Below, piece by piece: positions 53,101-64,000 of a stretch of DNA of 64,000 nt. Source of the DNA: Auanema rhodensis. Taxonomy: Eukaryota; Animalia; Nematoda. Every line of letters starts with the position of its first letter. The first letter of the stretch is position 1. The stretch is from assembly GCA_964057225.1 (NCBI GenBank), contig OZ059896.1, positions 9,734,001 through 9,798,000 on the forward strand, written 5' to 3'. The translations under genes were made by a program, and so were the position numbers. The notes beneath the pieces are model-generated. The model saw only the letters and a list, made by a program, of their open reading frames with translations, was not told the origin of the DNA and ran no database searches.

Positions 53101-53564
53101 GGAATATTGACGAGGTTCTGGTGTTCCTATTTGAGCCCATTTAGTACCATTTTCATATTGTTCATATGTCTTAAGGCCTAGTTCTTTTATCAGTTGATTG
53201 ATATGGCGCTGTGTGTGGCCAACCCATTGTCCTAGAGAAAGGAGAATCAGTGCCGTTCGTTGACTGAAGAAAACTAACCACCAAGATCAAATCGAACATT
53301 CTTTTTACCGGGTCCAAGAATAGGTACAGTCAGAGTACGACCTCCCACACGATCTTTAGCTTCAATCACGAGGATCTGAACAAAAAAAAATAACATAAGT
53401 TGAAAACAGGTTTACTATTTGATTGATAAGAAAATGTTATGATTTATGAAATTTACCTTAAGATTTGGATCTTTCTTCCGCAATTCTCTGACAGCAGAGA
53501 GTCCGGCTAGTCCTGCTCCTACTACAATGACGTCGTAGTCTTGGGGTGCTTCCTGAGAAGACAT
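50173..53564 (-). CDS. Flavin-containing monoamine-oxidase-like amine oxidase
   Basis: FAD-binding DVIVVGAGLAGLSA...IEAKDRVGGRT...FDLG/[68 protein letters not shown]; ends LNILKSKM*. Confidence 0.93.
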
Positions 53565-54184
53565 GTCGACAGAGTTTCATATGGATTGAAACCTGAAAAA
53601 TGATCATGCTTTTCATATAACAATTACAAGAAGTTTCATTATGATAGCTAAAGCTTAAAGCATATTGAAAGATCTAGAAGTAAAATAAATAAGCTAACTA
53701 TAATTGAATAGTCTAGGCAGTCTAAGCAGTCTAGTCAGCTAATTATTATTAAATTTTCACAATTATCTCCAAATGTACGGCAGGGTTTTGGTAGAAATTA
53801 GTAGAATGACTGGTAGTTTTAGCTTTTTAGCTTAGGCTTTATATAACATTGAGATTGTTTATGAGAGGAATCAGTGATAATGTTATGACAAGAGAGTATA
53901 TGGAGAGAGAGAAAAGACTGTCAACGATAAGGAAAAGCCATTAAACGATGAAAGTGACAAACAAGGTGTGCCTATGAACATATAAAGAATAGTGAAGATA
54001 CCTAAAGAAAAAAAAGAAATTTGAAACAAATTGAAGAACCGGGCATATGAATCGGAAGAAATAGCATATGTACGATGGAGATAAAGAAAATGTGGAAAAA
54101 GAGATTCCTTAAGAGGTAGAGAAAGAAGAAATATGTGTATAGAGAGAAAAATAAAGGGAAAAAGGTGAAGATAAACAGGGTGGC

Positions 54185-54257
54185 AAAAGAGAAAGAGAGA
54201 GAAAATGAGAGAGAGAGAGAAAAGGGCAGAAAGAGAAAGAGAGAAAGAGGGAAAAGG

Positions 54258-54307
<50 letters not shown>

Positions 54308-54426
54308 AAGAGCAAGTAAGAGAGAAAAAGAGAGAGGGAAAGAGAGAGAAAGAGAGAGAGAGAGAGAAAAGTAGAGAAAGAGAGAAAGAAAAGGAGAGAG
54401 AGAGAGAGAAAGGAGAGAAAGAGAGC

Positions 54427-54463
<37 letters not shown>

Positions 54464-54505
54464 TAAGAGAGAAAGAGAGAGAAAAGAGAAAGAGAGAGAG
54501 AGAAA
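54185..54505. repeat. Compound (GA)n / purine-rich low-complexity tract
   Basis: About 320 bp almost entirely A/G with several perfect (GA)n runs. Confidence 0.95.
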
Positions 54506-57500
54506 AACCAAGAAAGAATACAGTGCGAATGAACATAAGAAAAGATGTTTTAATGAATCTAACAAGGAATAGATTAATAATAGAGAGAAATAATAAAAGA
54601 GAAATGAGAGGAGTATAGAGATATTTAGACGATGATGACTATTTCTTCCGATATCTCAAAAAGTTGTTCGAAGTCATATTTAAATTATGAAAGATTAGAG
54701 AGATTTATTATGATATGAAAGAACAAGATTATAAAAACCATAAACAAGATTTTATGATTTTAAAAAGACACGTTTGTGTGTATATATTCCAGAGAGAAGT
54801 TTTAAAAGATTCATGACATCACTTCCAATGTAGATGTACATCTATGCTCTCTCATATCTTTTTTTTTTTTCATTTTTTTTATATTATTATTAACATTGCA
54901 TCATCTTAATTGTTGTTGATATGTCAAAGAATTGAATTATATAAATAATATATTTCTCATTTGATTTATATATTATATATTATGAATAACAAATAATGCT
55001 TCTGAACTACATCATAGAGGATATGATGATAACCAACTCTGCTCTATTTTGCTCTGACATGATAAGCAGAAAGCATTTTTTTTAATTGGAACTTCAAACA
55101 CATCAACGTTACACCATTATCAGCCGATCATTTGATTAAATCCTTAAAATTCAATTAATCCGATTAAATTATCACTGAAATATCTTCTGATATCATAATG
55201 TCAGACAATTTCATGTTCAAAATTTTAATCTTATTATTGTAGTGAAGTATAATATTATTACAGTCACTTTAATGTTCTCATATCAAACGGGAATTAAGAC
55301 CAATAAAATACCTTTCCTCAACTATTAAAACTTAAAAATTCCATGTGGAAATAGCCAGAACCTTACGATCACATGACCCTTCTCAGTTATCTCTTCCAAT
55401 TTCCCTCTGTACTCCTCCTTCTATCACCATTACTACGTCTTGTCCATTTCCACTTAATGGCTTGTCTTCTCATTTCTCTCACTTTTAATTATCTTTTTTA
55501 CTCCTTTTCTGGAGAAAGATATAAAGTAAGAACGAAATTTCGTGAGAGATATACAGTGTCTTTAGCAAGACATTACAAAAATTTCTCTTAAAATAATGAC
55601 TACAGTTCACAAATAATAGAACATGAAGATAAGATTATTTTCGAAATGCAAAAACGAAATCAAAGGGAAGAAAGAGAAAAAAAAAGGAAAGTAGGGCATA
55701 ACACATACTTACATATATAAATACATAAATATAATAATAAAATATTGAAAGTTCTAGATAGTTTTACATATTAGACATCTCGTATATCATAAATGATTGA
55801 ATCACCTTTGTTTCTTGAAACAAGATTTAAGCTAATACAACTTTTTTACAATTCGATAAACTTAAATTAATCGAATATTATAATTTACTTAAAGAATATT
55901 TATTCATCAACAATAGTTACTCAATTTTGATGTTCAATGTCAAGAAACTCATGATGTGTAGGACATTTCATATTATTGAAATATATTTACTAATTATTGT
56001 AATACTTTACATCTTTTAAATTAATTTTATTACTTTATTATTAATCTGAAAAATACAATAAATGAATATGTACATAGGAAGGTAATCTTCCAAAATTTGC
56101 TACATTAAGAGCTACAACATGTGCACATGTTTAACTGGAAAAAATAATTGTTGATCATAGATGTTGTGAATAATACACACTTTTGAAATCAAATTGCTTA
56201 TTTGATCAAAAATCTTTAAAATACACCTTCTTAACTATAATATATATAATAATACTATATTATTAATATTTTTGTATAAATATTTAACAATAATTATAGA
56301 TTTTCCTATTATCAATAAATTATTTTTGTTCGCTATATTTTCAAAAATTAGTACAAATTTCTTGTAAATATGTCTGTGTGACTAGAACAAATATAATTTT
56401 ACTTAATATATTTTTTTTATAAATTACAACATGAGTAAGCATCCGGGATAAGAAATTACATTCTAAAAGATGCACATAAATCTTATTTTATATTGAAATT
56501 TTGATTGAAACTTTTGAAAAAACTTTATATGTATATTGTTTTCATCAGAAATTTTCAAATTGAAAAGTTGTTGATAAAAGATAATCTTTTCTAATTAAAA
56601 TAATATACATCATCATTTAAAGTTATTAATATTATTATTCTTTGATGATAATTATTAATTGTTATCTTATAATGAATAATATCAGAAATAATATTAAATA
56701 TTATAGAAAACGTATTATTAATTATCTTTCTTAATTTTAATAATATAAGATTATTTATTTTGTTTTAAATATTTTATTATATTTTATGTATAATATTATA
56801 TATCTAATTATAATTTATTTATAAAATATATATTAATTAAGGTTTAATCTTAATTACTCAAACATAAATATGATAATCGCAAAGCAAATACTCAAATGTA
56901 ATACTGAAAAATGTTTCTTATCATATCTGTCAGTTTTTTTTTATTTAATTAAAAAAAAATTTGTTTAAAAGGTCAATTACATCACAAATCATTTAGTAAC
57001 TTTCATAAAGTAATGATCGTATATACATATAATGATTAAACTACTGTAATTATCTTATAGCATAGTATAATATTTCAAATTTAAAATAAAAATAAATAAA
57101 TAAATAAAATAAAAATAGAATACAATGATAAGAAAAACAAATATTTATTAACTATTCTTTCTTTACTTTCGAAGAAAAATCTATAACTATTATAGCATAA
57201 ATACATAAATATAATAATAATGATTATAAGAATTGTTCCATTTTTTTTTTGATGAGACCTTGAAGAAAATTGAACTAAAAACTATTTGGCAACACATCCA
57301 ATCAACATGAACCAGTTAATCATATTAGCCTGATGAATAAAAAAATGGAGACATTTGAACTACAATCATGACGTAGTCTGTTCTATGTATTACTGTTTAA
57401 ACCAAATTAAAAACTTCTACAGAAAAACTTATTATAAGTAAAATCAGGTTAAAATTATTATTATATATTATTATAAATTTATATATTTATATTCAAAATT

Positions 57501-58381
57501 TGTGGTAGCCATTAACACGTTTAAATTTAGAATTTATTCCAGCAATAAATTTGTTCTTTTATACTTTATTTGGATAAATTATACGATTTTCATAGAAAAA
57601 AAAAACTTTTATCAGTTTTATATATCATTTTATATGAAATTCATGTGCACGTTACACTTCATCTCTATTGTTAAATGAATTTCATATCAAAAAGAAGAAG
57701 ATATTATCGGTAGAGTTCAAGAGATTCCGTCCATGCTTTCATATCATTGTTTCTAATACATGTTTCATTTATATTTTTTTTCTCTTCATCAACAAGTTTC
57801 AGTCTGAAATTTTATTTTTTAAAATCAAAGTTCAATTGTTAAGATATTATAAGAGTAAAAGTTATTTAATTAATAAAAATCAGTATAAACTAATGTACTT
57901 AACACATTAATGTTCAGTCGTAAATTCACAAAAATAAATAAAAAGTGAGATATTATTCACTTGTAATCATTCATATCAAATTAACTCAAAAGGAGTGCCT
58001 ATTGTTAAAAACAAAAGTTTCAGACAAATTCTTAACACGGTGTGAAGGTCGTCAATCCGACACAGAGTCGAGGACGGAAAAATGATCACGAGAAGTTCAT
58101 TTCTATAATTCCGGAGATATTAAATCAACTTAACCCCGCCTACTTTGTTTAGATCTGATATCAATTATATAAGAACCAACTATTGTTTGGTCAAAAACCT
58201 TAAACGTATCGTCCGAAGAAGTTCGTACAATTTTTAAAATATTTCGAAGTATTATAACAACTTTCATCAATTCATATCATCCTAGTTTGATAATTGTCAT
58301 TAAATATTTTAAATTGAAATCCTCTACTCTTTATATTACTATGATTAGTTAATTTGTATTTATGATTTCTCGATTTCAGAA

Positions 58382-59334
58382 ATGTATATCACCGTAAATC
58401 GTGTGGAGAATGATGTCTACATTCGAGGTGCTACTGTTGATGATTCTGAACTAGTCATACAAACTTTGATAAAGTCTATTACTACTGATGAACCTGTGTG
58501 TCGCTCGCTTGGAATATCAGAATCAGACGCTGAAATATTCTACCGTGGTATACTCATTTCTAGAAAATTTGAAAAACAAATTTAATTAAAGGTTATGTAC
58601 CAAAAACTCTTTCTGCTGGAGTTTCAGCAATTGCTTTTGAAGGTGATCAAATAATGGGAATACTTTTAAGTGATGTGAAGCAACGGTAGGACATTGAATA
58701 GTTAATATTATTTTCATTAACTATTATTATTTAGTGGAGACGTATTATATAATGAAGATCCTAGTACATATTCCGGAAGAGGAATGAAAGTATTATGTCA
58801 ATTACTTTATCATTTAACTAATGATGTAATGAAATTACCAAACTTTCCTCAGCAGTTTACTTACGTTAATTTTTAGTTTTGGAAAGAAATGCCTCCTGCT
58901 GTAGTGACCATAGTGCATGCACTTGATATTTGGGTCCATCCTTCAAAGTGAGCAAAAGAAGATCATTATATTATTTTATATCAAAGAAAAGATTATTTAC
59001 AATCTGAGTTTAGAAGACGTTCCTTGACACAAGATCTTGTTCATCATAGTATGAGATTCTATTCGTCATTTAAAGCTGATGCTATTGTAGCCGAATTTTT
59101 AAATTCATCTAGAAAGGTTCATTTCAATTCTTTTTACCATCAAGTATATTTTTTTTCCAATCATTTCAGATTATATTTTCAACTGGATTTTTCCGAATGA
59201 AAGTCATTGAACATGACAAGCTGAAAGATGAAAATGGACAACGATTGATCAATTGTCCAACAGAAAATAGTTCGTGTTTAGGTGTAGCATTCTTTCAGCC
59301 GACGTTCGCAACACCTCTTCGTTCAAGAATTTAG
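58382..59334 (+). CDS. GNAT acyltransferase, insect/nematode arylalkylamine N-acetyltransferase (AANAT)-like, 6 exons
   Basis: tttcag|aaATG; IRGATVDDSELVIQTLIKSITTDEPVCRSLG (DEP motif), SAIAFEGDQIMGILL, IWVHPS, AIVAE...STGFFRMKVIEHDKLKDENGQRLINC; ends TPLRSRI*. Family assigned from recalled motifs. Confidence 0.78.
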
Positions 59335-60934
59335 AAAAAATATATAATTTTATCAATTTAATTTGTACATAAATGCACAAATAGCGCTTTATTTTTTGTT
59401 TTTTTTTTCAAAATAAAACTTTAAATTAATTAAAAAATAAGAATATTAATATATAAAAGACAATCTAAAGATAGATACAACATATGTATGTATACTATAT
59501 TTCAAATATGCTTTAATAATGCTTATATAAAGTTTTTTCAAATTTTTATTTTAGTAACATTCAGTTACAAATAAGTCATCTATTTTACGATCTTTATATC
59601 AGGATACTAATACTACTAATTACTATTAATACTATTAATTTGAAGATAAATATAAAAATTAAATAATCTTAACTATATTACTCATATATATATATATATA
59701 TATATAACCTATATAATATATGTATAATATGTACATGTTATATACATATTTTCAATTTTCAAAAGATAATATGTATATATTATATTAAAATTATTATCAC
59801 TACTACATATAAGCTTTTTTCTTTTTTTATTTTGCACAAATAAAATAATAATCATGTATGGATTACTTTTTACATTACCAACATCTTTGCTTTTTTTCAA
59901 TATGGCTTCTCCATATGTGAGATCAGCTTTTCATTTTATTTAATTTTTTTGAAAAAAAAAATTCTTCTTAAAACTATTTGAAGTTAAATTGTTGTATATA
60001 AGCATTTGATGAATCATCACTATCTTTCCGCTGACATATGTATAAGTTGACACACAATATATACACAAAGCACACAGTTCAATTGAAATAATAAAAAGTT
60101 TTGAAGACTTTTAGTTTCCTCAACTTTCAATTTTTATAAAAAGAAATCTTTCAAAATTATTTATTTGTTTTTTTTTTTGGCTTATCACATGAATATCTGA
60201 ATTAGTTTCTATTACTTTCATATAAAAGAATAATATCATATTATTCTAATATTCATACTATTACGGACCGGTTGCTCATCTTTTTTTTAGTTTTACTGTT
60301 TATATAAGTTATACTATAATATTGATTTGTATTCCATTGTTTTGTTATTGTTATATAATATATATTAGAAAATATAACTAATGTAATGAGAAGATGTATG
60401 TTAGGATGTATTTGAATAATTAGAAAATATAGGTCAAGTTCATTTTCTCATTTTTTCTTCCTAAGTTTGTCTATAGAATTTAAAATTAAATTATATTTTT
60501 AATTCTTTTCCACTTATATATATACATATAAATATATATATGTATATATGTATGTTAACTATTCTATTTATATTATAAATATTTCCCATTTTTTATGACG
60601 TTTGATTATGAAAACGGATGAGAATGTTTGATAAAAATTCAAAAACTGCTTCCTAATAGATTTTATATGAATCTATACATCTCCGATATAATCTAATTTC
60701 TTTTCTAGCTTCATTGATTAAGGATGTTTCCAAAATATATGTTTCATCATTTATATCGTCATTTGGTTTTAAAATAAAAGCAAAAGTTCTTTTTTTCATA
60801 TTTCCACATCTTACGCAAAAGATTTTCAATGAATCATTCATATATTTTCCTCTAATCATATCAATAAAAGCTCTGTCTACTTTCATAGTGTTAGTTGTGT
60901 CAGACTTTTTTTTTCTTTCTTCTACTTTGATTTT

Positions 60935-61080
60935 CTTTTCTATCTCTCTCTCTCTCTTCCTCCCTCTTTTCTTTCTCTTTCTCTCTCTCTCTCTCTCTAT
61001 CTCTTTCTACCTCTTTTCTTTTCTTTTTTTCACTATCTCTTCCCCTTTCTCTATCCTTTTCTCTCTATTTCTCTCCCTGA
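60935..61080. repeat. (CT)n / pyrimidine-rich low-complexity tract
   Basis: tctctctc runs directly visible. Confidence 0.85.
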
Positions 61081-63320
61081 TATTCTTTTTCAAAAGTAAA
61101 TCGAAGTAACTAAATACCTATACTTGCATGTCGTTTATCGACTTCACTACTCAATCAATACGCTTTTCATTTATGAAATTTGTTTTGTTTGTGCTTGTTC
61201 TAATTTAAGTATAACCCCAATTTGTTATTCGTTCAAATATATTTTTGATAATGTATGTATTTGAAAACATTGTCCCTATTATCAGTATATTGACTTGACT
61301 CTATGCTTACTATACGCCCACTATTCTTTCCTTTTGTGATTTCTACATACACTATTTATCTGTTGCTAGTTTTCTTTCTTGAACAGATTTCTATTCAACC
61401 ATGTCAAATGGCTGAATCATCATTAACAATGAACTCTGCACTTCCTTTCAAGAGACTAGCAGGTGTCGAACCTCCAATTAATCGAGTCATCATCAACTGA
61501 CTCGATTACATGTCCCATTTCCTCACTTCCATTCCTGTTCTTCACATAGAATTCAACATTTGCAAAATCAACTAGTCCATATGCCATGTGTTTTTAATAT
61601 TTCTTATAATTTCATCTGAAACTCGAACTTTATTTCACTTGTGTCTTGTCTTAGCATGGCTAATCATTTATCAGTTTCTCCTTTTTTTATATTCGTGGAG
61701 CAGTTCCTGTTCTAAGCTTTTGCTCAAATGAAGAAGCTAATGTTAGAATACAGAAACGTTCTTCTTCTTGCTGTTAAAGCTCCTATTAGAAACGACGAAA
61801 TGGACCAAAACGATAGACTTTATGTCTATATGAGGTAGCTCTGAAGGACAAGGTGGTTGCACTCACTTGCCCGACTCTAGTCTGTGCTTCACATCCAAAG
61901 CACAAATATGGTATCTCATTCTTCACGTTCTCTTTCTTCTTTTTTTCTATTATTCTATCTATTCTGTCGCTCTCGTTCAGCCTTCTCCCTCTTCAGCCTC
62001 ATTCTCTTCATCTCTTCTTTTTCTTTCATCAGTTCATTTTCATTTCATTTTTAACCACACATGTCTCTACATTTCTTGATTTTCATTTCATTTATCCTAT
62101 CAATTTCTATTCTAATTTCTTCCACGTGTTCTTTTTTATTTTCAACAAGCTGTTGGTCATTTTGTTGTCCGCTGGCTGACTGGGACTGACTGCCTATCCT
62201 TCAATCGATAATGAAATCAAATGGGATGACGACGCCAGTTCACACGAGGCTAGCCCACACACAATGTGTTGGATCTTGTCATCTTTTTTATGACTTATTT
62301 TTTAAATTCTTCATTATTTTTCATTTTATTGAATAGTGAAATGAAAGTATCTCCCTATTTCTTCTCTCATTATATATGCTACATCATCTCATTGCAAAGT
62401 AATTCTGGTGAGTGCCAGCTTAAGCGTTGATCAACGGAAACATTGAAGCTATTCCTTCCTTTCCTCCTGGTGTTCCTCTCATTTTGATAGATATTTTTTA
62501 TCAAATAGATAGCTACGTATCCCAAACTACGAATAAATATATATATTTTTTGGTTACAACTATATTTCTAGTTTCCATAGTTCAATTGTTTATATTTCCG
62601 TTCTTACTAGCTTTTTTTTGGTTTCTAAAGATATCTTTAAACATTTATCAATTATAATTATATTTTTTTAATTATTTAATTAACTTTTTTGTTTTGTTTT
62701 GTTTTAAAACTTAAATTATTGTTAATTCTTTTATTTATATTTGCACTCTATGTTTTACTGAATTATTTCTATTATATTCTTCATTTGTTCTATTTTCGGA
62801 TTCTATTTTGACATTTCTCGAATGAATCTAAACGAATGAACTATGGTTTCTTCATTCATCCCAATACTTTCCTCTTTACCAAACTTTATTTGTCTTTTAT
62901 CATTGTCTTTTCTTTTCATTTCATTTATTTTATCAAAATAATAGTGTTGAATTATTGAAATTTGGCTTAATTATCCCTTCTAAGAAATATAATACTCTAT
63001 TCTATATACTTATACGTTTATAATTCTATGATAAAGTTGCACGATAGCTTTGTTATTATATCTTTCAATTGTATTTTTCTTTCATTTCTCACTTTTATTT
63101 CTGATTATAGTTTCATCTTGACAAAAACTAATACCAAATGAGTTTTGGCACCTTTGCCCTTTGTTATGAAAATTTGTTGTGGAAAATAGGCAATTTATTT
63201 CAAATTTATGTTGCTATGATGTAGTACAATATTTTGAATAGTATTTTCTCTTTATTTAATATGTTTCTTGTGATTTTGTTTTCGTTTTTCATATTTTGTA
63301 TTAATCCATGAACTTGTAGG

Positions 63321-63563
63321 ATGTCTCAGGTTAGGGCAGATTATGATTTTGATGCTCAACCTGGCTCTGGGGAAATGAGCATTAAGAAAGGAGAAATTCT
63401 CACCGTTCTTCGACCCGTATGCTTGTCTATTATCAGTGAATTGTTGTAATAGTATTTTTCAATTTAGAATGTGGAAGGCGGTTGGATAGAAGGACGAAAT
63501 TCAGATGGCAAAATGGGTTTATTTCCCAAATCCTATGTTAGCTCGTATTCTGGGCCTCCTCCG
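63321..63563 (+). CDS. lst-4: N-terminal SH3 exons (63321-63416, 63468-63563) of a sorting nexin 9/18/33 ortholog; gene continues beyond the window
   Basis: MSQVRADYDFDAQPGSGEMSIKKGEILTVLRP/NVEGGWIEGRNSDGKMGLFPKSYVSSYSGPPP, a start-proximal SH3 typical of SNX9/LST-4. Confidence 0.85.
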
Positions 63564-64000
63564 GTATTTTATTTATTTTTCCTTATATTTAAAACTGTAG
63601 ATCAAGTTATTCTAATTATGCATTATTCATGGTATTGAGTTTGTCTTGCAATTCCTGGTTGAGAATAGTTTATTTCCATTTTTTTCCACTTTGCGCTGAA
63701 TTTCTGAACATTTTTTTTCTACAATTTAAAGTTTAACAGATGGCGTTGATTTATAAACTCAATCTCAATTCAACCAAAAGTTTTGGAATATAATTTTCTT
63801 CCTATTTCCTGCTTCTACCGTCTTGCCATACTTTTGATTTTTACTCTTTCATGGCTCTTGTATGGAAAACCTTTGAGCAAAAGTGATTGTTCATTCAAAC
63901 GGTGTTCTCTCTAGCATATTGCCTGTCCTACTGGACATAATTAGTTGAAATGGAGCTCTGAAGATTGAGCTTTCGAGCATATGCTCGCCTTTTTATTTTT

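Noticed and set aside
53883-54618. ORFs of 68-217 aa rich in SL/FS or RE/KE
   Set aside because: Translations of the (GA)n/(CT)n tract; the same applies to 60714-61109 and 16552-16773.
1-64000. CRISPR arrays, prokaryotic operons, tRNA/rRNA genes
   Set aside because: Intron-rich nematode DNA; no repeat-spacer arrays or recognisable structural RNA seen by eye. A tRNAscan/Infernal run would be needed to exclude small RNAs.

Overview
AT-rich eukaryotic genomic DNA from a rhabditid-type nematode. Evidence: many ~45-55 nt GT-AG introns, TTTCAG-type acceptors, and likely trans-splice acceptors just before start codons. The ORF track only catches exon fragments, so I assembled gene models by hand from splice signals. 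From left to right: idh-1 (+); an uncharacterised helical protein gene (-), possibly with a ~12 kb first intron; a large LIM-domain/acidic-repeat gene (tag-273/EPLIN-like, +) with an apparent internal start and three alternative last exons; gon-4 (+); three unrecognised compact genes (secreted, single-pass membrane, BTB-like); three tandem Srx-like chemoreceptor genes (-) interrupted by two inverted MITE copies and a deleted mariner; an MAO-like flavin amine oxidase (-) head-to-head with an insect-type AANAT-like GNAT acyltransferase (+); and the 5' SH3 exons of lst-4/SNX9 (+, truncated by the window end). The best candidate for an undescribed system is the divergent oxidase/acyltransferase pair. 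Both act on amines by family, both end in PTS1-like tripeptides (-SKM, -SRI), both have altered active-site motifs, and they adjoin the GPCR array. No RNA genes or CRISPR arrays were recognised. Coordinates were counted by hand and may be off by a few nt.
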